A stretch of 64,000 bases of DNA. It comes from Vicinamibacterales bacterium (lineage in GTDB: Bacteria; Acidobacteriota; Vicinamibacteria; Vicinamibacterales; SCN-69-37). Positions 9,080 through 17,483 of the stretch are shown here, piece after piece (within the stretch, counting starts at the first letter, position 1; each line of letters starts with the position of its first letter). The position numbers were made by a program, and so were the translations under genes. The notes under the pieces are model-generated. The model worked only from the letters and a program-made list of their open reading frames with translations, searched no databases and was not told the DNA's origin. The stretch spans positions 23,893 to 87,892 of the forward strand of contig JAKFEY010000030.1 of NCBI GenBank assembly GCA_036675475.1, given 5' to 3'.

Positions 9080-9907
9080 ATGCATGCATCCACGAGAATT
9101 TCAGTCACGGCGCTTCTAGCGCTTGCGCTTGCGGCGCCCGCGCTGGCGCAAGACAGCCGGCGCCCCACGGGCAGCGGCTCGTCCACCGGTGGCAGCGCCA
9201 CGGCGCGGGGCGGATCCAGCTCCGGCGGCAGCAGCGCCGGATCAGCCTCCTCGAGCGGCGGCTCGATGTCGAGCGGCACCAGCAGCCCGCGTATGGGCAC
9301 GGCGGTGGCGCGTCCGAGCCGCGAGCCGCGGTCGGCGGCCCGTCGTCCGTCGGGCGCCGAGGCGTCTGGCGGCGGCCCGGTGATTCCGGCCTACAGCCGT
9401 CCGCGCGGCGATCGCGCGGCGCGCGGCCAGGCCGTGGAGCGCGGCGACAATCCGCTGCCGCCCAACGGCGGCGACTATTACTACTATCCCGGGTACTACG
9501 GGTACAACGGCTACTACGGCTATTCGCCGTACCGCAGCTTCGGATACCCCATCTACACGGGCTTCGGCTACTTCTATTACGACCCGTACTGGGGCTCCTA
9601 CGATCCGTTCTACAGCCGCGGCTACTACGCGTATGGCCCGTCGGGCACGCGTTACAAGGACAAGGACGATCGCGACTACAACATCGGGTCGCTGCGGCTG
9701 AAGATCGAGCCGGCCGACGCCGAGGTCTACGTCGACGGCCTCTATCGCGGCGTGGTGGACGAGTTCGACGGCGTGTTCCAGCGCCTGAAGCTCGAGGCTG
9801 GCGCGCATCGCCTGGAAATCCGGGCGCCCGGCCGGCAGCCGCTGGTGTTCGACGTGCTCGTCACGCCCGGCGAAACCACGACGTATCGCGGCGATCTGCA
9901 GCGGTAA
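9080..9907 (+). CDS. Secreted protein with a Ser/Gly-rich linker, an extreme Tyr/Gly-rich segment and a C-terminal PEGA-like domain
   Basis: The ATG at 9080 (MHASTRISVTALLALALAAPALAQ) provides a signal peptide. The Tyr/Gly segment reads GDYYYYPGYYGYNGYYGYSPYRSFGYPIYTGFGYFYYDPYWGSYDPFYSRGYYAYGP. The C-terminus LRLKIEPADAEVYVDGLYRG...HRLEIRAPG matches the PEGA pattern. Confidence 0.7.
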   Translation: MHASTRISVTALLALALAAPALAQDSRRPTGSGSSTGGSATARGGSSSGGSSAGSASSSGGSMSSGTSSPRMGTAVARPSREPRSAARRPSGAEASGGGPVIPAYSRPRGDRAARGQAVERGDNPLPPNGGDYYYYPGYYGYNGYYGYSPYRSFGYPIYTGFGYFYYDPYWGSYDPFYSRGYYAYGPSGTRYKDKDDRDYNIGSLRLKIEPADAEVYVDGLYRGVVDEFDGVFQRLKLEAGAHRLEIRAPGRQPLVFDVLVTPGETTTYRGDLQR

Positions 9908-9910
9908 CGC

Positions 9911-10276
9911 TTGCTCAGAACCGTAGCGTTGGTGAGCGGCGTCTACGACCTGGTCGTAGGCGCCGTTTTACTTTTGGGCACGAACTGGATGGCGGCCACC
10001 TTCGGCGTCGCCGCGCCCGAGCCCATCATCCACGCGAAACTCAACGCCCTCTTCCTGATCTGCATCGGCCTCGGTTACGCGCTGCCCTATCGCGATCCCG
10101 CGCGCTATCGCGGCTATCTGTGGATCATGGGCCCGCTGCTGAAGGGCGCCGGCGCCGCGGCCTTTCTCATCGACTACTTCGTCAACGCCTCACCCGCATC
10201 CTTTCTCCTCTTCGCCGCATCCGACGGCGCGCTGGCGTTGTGGACGCTGGTGGCGCTGATGCGCAGCAAACGCTGA
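9911..10276 (+). CDS. Small integral membrane protein (about 4 TM)
   Basis: 121 aa with a TTG start 3 nt after the upstream stop. It contains four hydrophobic stretches. I recognise no family. Confidence 0.5.
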   Translation: MLRTVALVSGVYDLVVGAVLLLGTNWMAATFGVAAPEPIIHAKLNALFLICIGLGYALPYRDPARYRGYLWIMGPLLKGAGAAAFLIDYFVNASPASFLLFAASDGALALWTLVALMRSKR

Positions 10277-11965
10277 CGGCGGCTGGTGACTGACGGCGGA
10301 CGGCACGCGGCGGAAGACTCTAAAAAACGGATCGTCTTCGACGACGTCGATGAAGCCCGCTCGATAAAGCCGATCCCAGTTGTGCTGATTGCCTGTCCGG
10401 TCCGCCAGTAGAATCCAGCCGACGTCCCGCCGCGACAGAAACTCTGCGAGGTACTCGTCCTGGACGAGGCGTTCAGGCACAATCTCCACGACGGTGGGGA
10501 CATCCGGCAGGTACAACCTGCCTCCGACTCGCCACAGCTGTTCGATCGCAACACCGCCGGTCTCCCAATCCTCCCGATGTTCGCGCGCCAGATCGACTGA
10601 GGCCTCTGATCGCGGAAATCGATAGGTCGAGACATCCGACACGAAGCTAGCCGCCACGACTACCGCGAGGCCAAAGATCAGAGGTTCCCTGCCCTTCCAT
10701 TCGCGGATTCGCCGAAGCAACTCCCAGCCGACATGCGCAGCAGCGAGCGACAGAAACGGCAGTACCGGCACCATGTAGCGGGCCTCCTTGTGACTCATCG
10801 CGCTGAGCAGGAGAACGGGTATCCAGGTCCAGAGTGCCAGCCGCCACGGTCCCAGCCACACCGCCAGAATCGCCGCGCTCGCCACCGCCAGGTTGGCCCA
10901 TTCAGAAAGATGGGTCAGGTACCAATGAAAGGGTTCGTACCCTCGGGACGAGAGCCGCTGGACCACACCATAATCGACAGCGTTGAACAGGCTATGGAAC
11001 GGACGGCCCCAATAAAGAGCGTCCGCCAGACCGATGATTCCGAGCGATGCGGTGCCAAAACATATGGCGCAGACCAGCGCCTGCCATGGCCGGCGTTCCA
11101 GGGCCATCATCAAGACGCACGGCACGATGAAGGCGGCTTCCCCGAAGCGCATCGCACCAGCGATTCCTATGGAGATCCCCGCCGCGGCAGCCGCGAGCGC
11201 GCCGCCTCGTACGGCGAGGCTGAAGGCCAACACCAGGAACAATGCAGCTACAGGTCGCGGGAGCTCGGTACTTGCCAGCCGGGTGTGAAGAGCGCTTGTC
11301 GCCAGGAAGACGGCGGATAAAACGGCGACAGGCAGACCGTACGCGCGCCTCGCGTGAACAAACAGCAGGCCCACGGTGGCGGTCGCAGATGCCGCAACGA
11401 CCAATCGGCCCAGAAACACCAACGAGGCCGTCTCACTCACGCCAAGCTGCTGCCCCAGCCACTGCACGGGAAAAATAAATGTCATGGGGTAGAACGCATT
11501 CCGCAAACCCCACACCGGCCAATCCGCGCCGAAGAGATGACCCAACGTCATCTCATGAATCTCCACATCGTCGCCCGCGAAAAACCCGTAGTAGGCGTAC
11601 GCATTGAGGACACGCAGAAGGAACGCGACGGCCAGGAGGATGGCCACCCGTTTCGTCGCGCGCGTCGAAGACAACCGCGACAGTGCATCGGGGATCCTGC
11701 TGAGTGCCGCAAAGACCCTGGAATCCAGTGAGTGGAGAGGAAACCGTCTGATTCCCAGGAAGGAGATGTGCCGCCCCAGGAACCATCGAGGCAGCGCAAT
11801 GAGCAAGAACAACAACAGAGGATTGGCCGTCGACGTGAGGCTCACGCGCTCGCCGGCGACCTGATAGACACCGCCGCCTGACACGGCAACAAAGAGGATT
11901 GCCGCGAGCAAGACCACCGCGAGGACGTCCGCTATGAACGAGGCACCGCGAGCGATGAACGGCAT
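10190..11965 (-). CDS. GT-C fold glycosyltransferase, family 22-like (Alg9/PIG-B-type mannosyltransferase family)
   Basis: 591 aa and polytopic. It has an acidic first-loop motif (FFAGDDVEIHEMT) and an HKEARYMVPVLPF motif resembling the GT22 HKE-x-RF signature. The gene has lower GC than its neighbours. Its 3' 87 nt overlap the convergent gene 9911..10276. Confidence 0.7.
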   Translation of the reverse strand: MPFIARGASFIADVLAVVLLAAILFVAVSGGGVYQVAGERVSLTSTANPLLLFLLIALPRWFLGRHISFLGIRRFPLHSLDSRVFAALSRIPDALSRLSSTRATKRVAILLAVAFLLRVLNAYAYYGFFAGDDVEIHEMTLGHLFGADWPVWGLRNAFYPMTFIFPVQWLGQQLGVSETASLVFLGRLVVAASATATVGLLFVHARRAYGLPVAVLSAVFLATSALHTRLASTELPRPVAALFLVLAFSLAVRGGALAAAAAGISIGIAGAMRFGEAAFIVPCVLMMALERRPWQALVCAICFGTASLGIIGLADALYWGRPFHSLFNAVDYGVVQRLSSRGYEPFHWYLTHLSEWANLAVASAAILAVWLGPWRLALWTWIPVLLLSAMSHKEARYMVPVLPFLSLAAAHVGWELLRRIREWKGREPLIFGLAVVVAASFVSDVSTYRFPRSEASVDLAREHREDWETGGVAIEQLWRVGGRLYLPDVPTVVEIVPERLVQDEYLAEFLSRRDVGWILLADRTGNQHNWDRLYRAGFIDVVEDDPFFRVFRRVPSAVSHQPPSAFAAHQRHQRPQRQRAVGCGEEEKGCG

Positions 11966-11987
11966 GCAGATGGCCCAGGGTTGGGTA

Positions 11988-12194
11988 TCAACGTTCCTTC
12001 TGCGCCAGTCCCAGGCCTTTGCCGGCGGACGCCATCACCCATTCGAACAAGTCATCACCGGTTTCGATCCGCTTGGCGTTGAGACGTTCGCGTCCGAGAT
12101 TTTGATGGGCCTTGCCTCGACGGGGTCCGCGCGACCCGGCTGGCCGCGGCTTCGCGTGGCGCGTGGTGGCAGGCCTGCGGGAATTCGCCGACAT
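11988..12194 (-). CDS. Possible small basic protein (68 aa) upstream of the GT22 gene
   Basis: An internal ATG of ORF 11988..12509 is preceded by GGAG at -8 to -5 (cggagttttATG). The protein is MSANSRRPATTRHAKPRPAG...DDLFEWV. I recognise no family. Confidence 0.3.
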   Translation of the reverse strand: MSANSRRPATTRHAKPRPAGSRGPRRGKAHQNLGRERLNAKRIETGDDLFEWVMASAGKGLGLAQKER

Positions 12195-12292
12195 AAAACT
12201 CCGATGTATGCCTGTCAGAGCCGTCTTGCAGAAACTGCGACGTTGGCATCCCGTTCGCACGACTGGCCCCGGGGCGAGTTCAGCGAGAAGCG

Positions 12293-12370
12293 TGCCAAAC
12301 GCGCGTGATGCGCGCGGGCCGGACGAGCGCGCGCCGTGCCGGCTGCCAAACGCGCGCGATGCGCGCGGGC
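12293..12370 (-). terminator. Two tandem copies of a 28-nt GC-hairpin unit downstream of the permease gene (probable tandem intrinsic terminators)
   Basis: The unit tgccaaacgcgcg(t/c)gatgcgcgcgggcc occurs at 12293-12320 and 12343-12370 with 1 mismatch. On the minus strand each reads as a gcgcgc hairpin followed by GUUUGG. Confidence 0.5.
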
Positions 12371-12388
12371 CTTCGCGATGACGCGCGG

Positions 12389-13828
12389 CTATTTGCCGCG
12401 AAGTTTGAACGCGGCGTAGATCGGCAAGCCGAGCGCGATGACGAGCAGGCCGTACGCGGACGGGCCGAAGTCGCCGCCGTAGCGGATCGGCACATAGAGA
12501 TCGGTCCACAGCGCGCTGCAGACGATCGCAAGACTGGCGAGGACGAAGAGGCCGGGCACGACCGGATAGCCGATCGTCCTGAACGGGCGCGGCGCGTCGG
12601 GCTCGCGCACGCGCAGCACGAACAGCGCGGCCGCGCCGATGCCCGAGAAGAGCACCACCGAAAAGCCGGTGTACGTCAGCAGCGCGTTCGCGCTGCCCGA
12701 CAGCACGAGCAGCGTGGCCCAGATCGCCTGCGCGAGAATGGCGGCGGCCGGCGTCTTGTACTTCGGATGAATCGACGCCGCGCGGCGGAAGAACAGGCCG
12801 TCGCGCGCCATCGCGTAATACACGCGCGGGCCCGCAATCACCATCGCGCTGATGCTCGCCGCAAGACTGATGATCGAGACGACACCCATGATGTCGCCGG
12901 CGCGCGTGCCGAGCAGGCGATCCGCAATCACGTCGAGCACGCTGCCCTGCACCGTCGCCAGCTCGCCTACCGGCACCACATAGATGTAGAGCAGATTCAA
13001 CAGCAGATAAACGGCGATGACCGCGGCCGTGCCGATGGCCAGCGCGCGCGGCACGTTGCGACCCGGATCGCGAATCTCTTCAGCGAGATACGACGCCGCG
13101 TTCCATCCCGAATAGGTGAACATCACGGCAATCAGCGCGAACAGCCACGAGCCTGCCGTCACGGGGCCGGCCGGCTCGCCAAGGTTGCCCATCGATCCCG
13201 CGCCGAACGCAAAGCCGAGCGCGATGAACAGCAGCAGCGCGCTCACCTTCAACGCCGCCAGCACGTTGCCCACCAGGCGCCCCGGCCCGATGCCGCGCAG
13301 GTGAATCCACGACATCAGCCAGATCGCCGCCAGCGCAATCGTGGACTGCGGCGACAGCGCCAGCGTGATGTACGGCAGCGGCACCGAGAAGAACGGCGCG
13401 TCGTTGCCGGCCACCGGCACGAAGCGGCCCAGATAAATCGCGAGAAACACCGCGCTGGTCGCAATCGCGCCGGCAAAGCCCGCGACAAATGACGTCCACC
13501 CCGTGAGAAACGCCGCCAGCTTCCCGTACGCGGCATCCAGATATACGTACTCGCCGCCGGCCTTCGGCCGCAGCGCCGCGAGCTCCGCGTACGCCATCGC
13601 GCCCGCGAACGCCAGCGCGCCGCCCGCCACCCACGCGCCGAGAAACCACAGCGGATCGGGAATCGATTCGGCCACGCGCGGCGGCGTAAACAGAATGCCG
13701 CCGCCAATCACGTTCGCGACGACGATGGCGGCCGCGTCCCACGGGCCGAGACGGCGTTCGAGCGCGGGGCCGGAATGCGCGCCGGATTCGGCGCGGGGTT
13801 GTCCTGGGGTGGTTGTCGTGGTGGTCAC
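12389..13828 (-). CDS. APC-superfamily amino acid permease
   Basis: 479 aa with about 12 TM segments. The N-terminal motif IVVANVIGGGILFTP and GGEYVYL are typical of amino-acid/polyamine/organocation transporters. Confidence 0.88.
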   Translation of the reverse strand: MTTTTTTPGQPRAESGAHSGPALERRLGPWDAAAIVVANVIGGGILFTPPRVAESIPDPLWFLGAWVAGGALAFAGAMAYAELAALRPKAGGEYVYLDAAYGKLAAFLTGWTSFVAGFAGAIATSAVFLAIYLGRFVPVAGNDAPFFSVPLPYITLALSPQSTIALAAIWLMSWIHLRGIGPGRLVGNVLAALKVSALLLFIALGFAFGAGSMGNLGEPAGPVTAGSWLFALIAVMFTYSGWNAASYLAEEIRDPGRNVPRALAIGTAAVIAVYLLLNLLYIYVVPVGELATVQGSVLDVIADRLLGTRAGDIMGVVSIISLAASISAMVIAGPRVYYAMARDGLFFRRAASIHPKYKTPAAAILAQAIWATLLVLSGSANALLTYTGFSVVLFSGIGAAALFVLRVREPDAPRPFRTIGYPVVPGLFVLASLAIVCSALWTDLYVPIRYGGDFGPSAYGLLVIALGLPIYAAFKLRGK

Positions 13829-13837
13829 GCGATGGCG

Positions 13838-14326
13838 TTACTGCGTGAGGATTCGGCGGTCGACGACGAACTCGTGAATCAGCGTCCACTGTTCAGAGCC
13901 GGCCTTGCCGAAGACGCGCACGCGCACGTCGCGGAACAGGTTGTTGGTGAGCATGTCGGCGCGCGAGGCCAGGCTCGTGTACCCGACTTTCGCGCGCACC
14001 GTGATCGGCGGCGTCGACGCCCCCGGCTCAATCGCGTCAGCGCCCACCGCCCTCGTCAGCACCTCATCCATCGTCCCATCCGCGCCTTCGGCCTGGAAGT
14101 GCGTGTTGAGCTGAATGGTGCTGACCGGCGCGGTGCCCTTGTTGCGAAGGGTGAACGTGAACGAGGGGACGATCTTGTTTTCGCCGTTGACGACGCCGGC
14201 GTCGAAGTAGCCGGAGGTGACCGGCACGAACTCGAGGTCCGCAACGGTGCCGGAGGATCCGCAGCCGGCCGCCAGTGACGCGGCGGCCAGAAAAGCGGCG
14301 ATGACGAGCGTGCGCGGCTTCGACAT
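13838..14326 (-). CDS. Lipoprotein, unknown function
   Basis: 162 aa with a signal plus lipobox (SLAAGCGS). There is no SD sequence, and TAGAAT lies 6 nt upstream of the ATG, so the transcript may be leaderless. Confidence 0.6.
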   Translation of the reverse strand: MSKPRTLVIAAFLAAASLAAGCGSSGTVADLEFVPVTSGYFDAGVVNGENKIVPSFTFTLRNKGTAPVSTIQLNTHFQAEGADGTMDEVLTRAVGADAIEPGASTPPITVRAKVGYTSLASRADMLTNNLFRDVRVRVFGKAGSEQWTLIHEFVVDRRILTQ

Positions 14327-14342
14327 CGCGCGATTCTAACTC

Positions 14343-14432
14343 AAGGGGGAACGCCCTTGACTTCCTGTGGTATCCGGGCGCCTCTGCGCGGCGCGAGTCG
14401 GCCGCGTACCACGGCAAGTCAAGGGGTTCCCC
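14343..14432. repeat. Long-range inverted repeat (about 17 bp with one bulge, about 52-nt loop) between the ECF operon and the lipoprotein gene
   Basis: aagggggaacgcccttgactt (14343-14363) pairs with aagtcaaggggttcccc (14416-14432): 10 bp, a 1-nt bulge, then 7 bp. Confidence 0.7.
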
Positions 14433-14444
14433 GCCAAGGCCGCC

Positions 14445-15227
14445 CTAGAACTCGCGGACGACGACCCGCGCGCGCACTTCGTCGCGCGTGAGGCGGCCGG
14501 CGCGGTAGTCGGCGAGATCGCCGCCCTTCACGCGCAGCGTGATCGTGACCGTGTCCTGGAACACCATCGAGGGCACCAGCGGCCCCTGGCTGCCGCGCGC
14601 CGCAATCGTGAGCCACTCGTCGGCCGCGAGGCCGAGCTGATGGCTGTGATCGATCATGGCGTTGACGAGCTGATCGGTGACCAGCTTCTCGTACTCGAGA
14701 TCCGGATTGTCCATGGCGCGCGGCGCGGCGGCCGTGGGCGCGGGCGGCATGCCGCCGGGCTCGGTCGACGAGGCGCGCTGCGGCACCGCGAAGCGCTGCT
14801 CGAGGCGGCGCAACTCGGCTTCGAGCTCCTGCTTCGCCTGCACGTCGGACACCTGCACGAAGTTGCGAATGCGATTGATGGCGGCGACGGCCGCCTGATC
14901 GCGGCCGCGGTTGGTGACGGCCCAGGCCACCACCGGATCGACGTCCGGAATCTCGACGTGGAAGAACACGCCGTGCCCGTCGATCACGAAACCCTCGGCG
15001 CGCGGCGACGTGCCCGACAGCAGGATGATGCCTGGATCGATCTGCTGCACGCGAAGACCCATCAGCTCGGCGCCGTGGCGCGCGGCGTTGACCAGCACGC
15101 TGCTGAACAACCGCACGTTGTAGCGCCGCTCCACCTGCGGCTGCGTCATCGTCGTCTGCGCCATGGCAGGCGCGGCGCCGGCAAGCATGCACACGGCCGT
15201 GGCGGCCCCAATCAGTCGAGTTCTCAT
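14445..15227 (-). CDS. Secreted protein of unknown function, last gene of the ECF sigma / anti-sigma operon
   Basis: 260 aa with the signal peptide MRTRLIGAATAVCMLAGAAPAMAQ. It lies 15 nt downstream of the anti-sigma gene. Confidence 0.6.
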   Translation of the reverse strand: MRTRLIGAATAVCMLAGAAPAMAQTTMTQPQVERRYNVRLFSSVLVNAARHGAELMGLRVQQIDPGIILLSGTSPRAEGFVIDGHGVFFHVEIPDVDPVVAWAVTNRGRDQAAVAAINRIRNFVQVSDVQAKQELEAELRRLEQRFAVPQRASSTEPGGMPPAPTAAAPRAMDNPDLEYEKLVTDQLVNAMIDHSHQLGLAADEWLTIAARGSQGPLVPSMVFQDTVTITLRVKGGDLADYRAGRLTRDEVRARVVVREF

Positions 15228-15241
15228 ACGCTCAAGACCTT

Positions 15242-16039
15242 CTAACGTTGCGGCGTTTGCCCTTGGTTCTGCGAGACGAGCAGCAACCGGTTGACGGCGT
15301 CGCGCGTCTGCGCGAGCTCGGCGCCCGTGCGGCTCTGCACCTGGCCGAGTGCCTGCTGCACGCGCAGTAGATCGGCGCGGCGGTGCCCCTCGACGTCGCT
15401 GACGATGGCGAGGAAGCGGTCCGCCATTTCCTGGCGGGTGCGGCGCTCGCTCTCTTCAATCAGACGCCGCACTTCACGCGAAAGCTGGGGGTTGTCCGAC
15501 GTGAGCGCAACGGTCTGCATTCCCGAGCGCTCGGTGGCCGGCGCGAACGACGCCATGACGCGCTGCTCGAGCGCGGCGAGATCCGCCTGCGTCACGCCCT
15601 GGCCGATCGGCGCGAAGCCGGCGGAGGCCGGCGCGGCATTCGCAGTGACGGCGTCGGCGGATGTCACCGTGCGGCCCGTGCGCACGACGAGGCCCTCGGT
15701 GCCGTAGCGCACTTCGATGTTGGCAATGGCCGCGGAAGTGGCGAGCACGAGCATGGCGGCGGCGGCCAGGCCGAAGGCCGGCATCCACGCACGCAGGCGC
15801 GCCATCGGCGCGGGTTCGGCGAGTGGACTGACGGCCCACGACGAGGGCAGGTCGCGGCATTCGGGCGGCGCCCACGCGAGCAGGTCGTCGCGCACGCCGC
15901 GCAGCTCGGCAAGCTCCACGCGGCAGGGCTGGCACGTCTTGAGGTGCGCGTCGAACGTGCGCCGTTCATCGGGCGTGAGCTCGCCGTAGAGATAACCCAG
16001 CAGTGATTCCTTGAAGCTGTCAGTACACATGGTCAACAC
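15242..16039 (-). CDS. Anti-sigma factor with an N-terminal zf-HC2 zinc finger and one TM segment
   Basis: 265 aa containing YLYGELTPDERRTFDAHLKTCQPCRVEL (the H-x3-C-x2-C motif) and a central TM segment (FGLAAAAMLVLATSAAI). It sits directly downstream of the ECF sigma gene. Confidence 0.8.
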   Translation of the reverse strand: MLTMCTDSFKESLLGYLYGELTPDERRTFDAHLKTCQPCRVELAELRGVRDDLLAWAPPECRDLPSSWAVSPLAEPAPMARLRAWMPAFGLAAAAMLVLATSAAIANIEVRYGTEGLVVRTGRTVTSADAVTANAAPASAGFAPIGQGVTQADLAALEQRVMASFAPATERSGMQTVALTSDNPQLSREVRRLIEESERRTRQEMADRFLAIVSDVEGHRRADLLRVQQALGQVQSRTGAELAQTRDAVNRLLLVSQNQGQTPQR

Positions 16040-16053
16040 ACCGGTTTCGGGCC

Positions 16054-16668
16054 TTACGTTTCAAGCGCCGGGCGGGCCGCCGCGACGACATGCAGATTCT
16101 GACGTTGGAGGTTGCGTCGAAGGACGGTGAGCCCCTGATACAGCCGGGTCTTGACCGTGCTCAGCGGGCAGCCGAGCATGTCGGCAATCTCCTGAAACGT
16201 CAGGCCGTGGTACTCCTTCAGGATGATCGCGGTGCGCTGCTCTTCGGGCAGCATCGCCATGACCTTCGAGACCGCCGCGCTCATTTCGCGGCGCGCGACG
16301 AGATCCTCCACCGACACGGCGTCGGGCGCCTCGCCGGCCAGGTCCGACAGCTCCATGCCTTCGGGCACCTGGGAGACGGGCGTGCGGCGCTGGCGGCGCA
16401 TCCAGTCCCTGCAGAGATTGAGCGTGATGCGGTAGAGCCAGGAGGAGAACTTCGCCTGGCCTTTGAAGCCGCGAAGCGCGCGATAGGCGCGCAGGAACGT
16501 TTCCTGACTGACGTCGCGCGCGTCTTCCTCGCGCCCGAGCGTGCGATAGGCGAGCGCGTAGATGGGCCGCTCCCACCGGCGGACCAGCTCGTTGAAGCTG
16601 TCCTCGTCGCCGCGCTGGGCGCGGTCGACCAGCTCCTCGTCGGTTGTCTTCCCCAAATCCAAGGACAT
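16054..16668 (-). CDS. ECF-type RNA polymerase sigma factor (sigma-24/SigE-like)
   Basis: Starts at MSLDLGKTTDEELVDRAQRGDEDSFNELV (16668). Region 2 reads DARDVSQETFLRAYRAL...FSSWLYRITLN. Region 4 reads LTFQEIADMLGCPLSTVKTRLYQG. Confidence 0.9.
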   Translation of the reverse strand: MSLDLGKTTDEELVDRAQRGDEDSFNELVRRWERPIYALAYRTLGREEDARDVSQETFLRAYRALRGFKGQAKFSSWLYRITLNLCRDWMRRQRRTPVSQVPEGMELSDLAGEAPDAVSVEDLVARREMSAAVSKVMAMLPEEQRTAIILKEYHGLTFQEIADMLGCPLSTVKTRLYQGLTVLRRNLQRQNLHVVAAARPALET

Positions 16669-16898
16669 GAAGAGCCGCTTTCGGGCTCGGCGTTTAGACG
16701 GCGCTGGCGGCGCGTCGGCCGGGCCCCACAACCAGGCAGGCTGTCAGTGAGGTACCAGTATACGCGCAAATCCAACCCCATCAGTATGTTAGAACCGTTC
16801 GGCGGGACGTATGACCGGAGCGCCCCCGAACGTCATCCATGGGTCAGAGACGACGCGAAGTGATAGAGTGTCGGGGAGGAGCGCCGCCGCTCGCTGCC

Positions 16899-17477
16899 AT
16901 GAACGACGACCACTTCCTGACCACCGAAGAAGTCCTGGCCTACCTGCAGGTCAATCTGCGGACGGTATACCGCCTGATCAAAGCCGGGCGCATCCCTGCT
17001 GTGCGCGTGGGCCGGCAATGGCGCTTCCGCAAGCGCGACATCGACGTGTGGCTCGAACAGAACCGCACGGGAGTACCGGCCGGCATGAAGGCGGCCGAGC
17101 GGCCGCGCATCCTGATCGTCGACGACGAGCAGGGCGTGCGCGATCTGCTCGCGCGCGCGCTGTCGGGCGGCGAATACGACGTCGACGTGGCGCCCGACGG
17201 CCGCACCGCCGTCGAGCAGCTCCGTACGGTTGAATACGATCTGCTCATCACCGACCTGAAGATGCCGGGCATGGACGGCCTGTCGGTGATTCGCGAAGCG
17301 CGGCGCATCTTCCCCGAGCTGCCCGTCATCATCATCACCGGCTACTCCACCGAAGCCAGCGCCATCGAAGCCATCAATCTCGGCGTGTCGGGCTACATCA
17401 CCAAGCCGTTTCGTCTGCCCAGGATTCTCGCCGCCGCGCAGAAGGCGCTTGGAGAGCCGGTCGGGGTCGAAACGTAA
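16899..17477 (+). CDS. Response regulator with an N-terminal excisionase-type HTH and a C-terminal receiver domain
   Basis: Starts at MNDDHFLTTEEVLAYLQVNLRTVYRLIKAGRIPAVRVGRQWRFRKRDIDVWL (HTH_17-like). This is followed by RILIVDDEQGVR...LLITDLKMPGMDG...ITGY...YITKPF (REC). Confidence 0.85.
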   Translation: MNDDHFLTTEEVLAYLQVNLRTVYRLIKAGRIPAVRVGRQWRFRKRDIDVWLEQNRTGVPAGMKAAERPRILIVDDEQGVRDLLARALSGGEYDVDVAPDGRTAVEQLRTVEYDLLITDLKMPGMDGLSVIREARRIFPELPVIIITGYSTEASAIEAINLGVSGYITKPFRLPRILAAAQKALGEPVGVET

Positions 17478-17483
17478 GTTCTA

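Noticed and set aside
11934-12531. Several overlapping 80-170-aa ORFs on both strands between the GT22 gene and the permease
   Set aside because: They are Arg/Pro/Ala-rich with no motifs, are mutually exclusive, and span the terminator-like repeats. Only the 68-aa ORF with a GGAG RBS (11988..12194) was retained, at low confidence.
16669-16898. ECF (GGAAC...TCTAA/CGTC) autoregulatory promoter upstream of the sigma gene
   Set aside because: A CGTCTAA string occurs about 30 nt upstream of the ATG, but no GGAAC-like -35 lies at 16-17 nt spacing. The evidence is not good enough to annotate.
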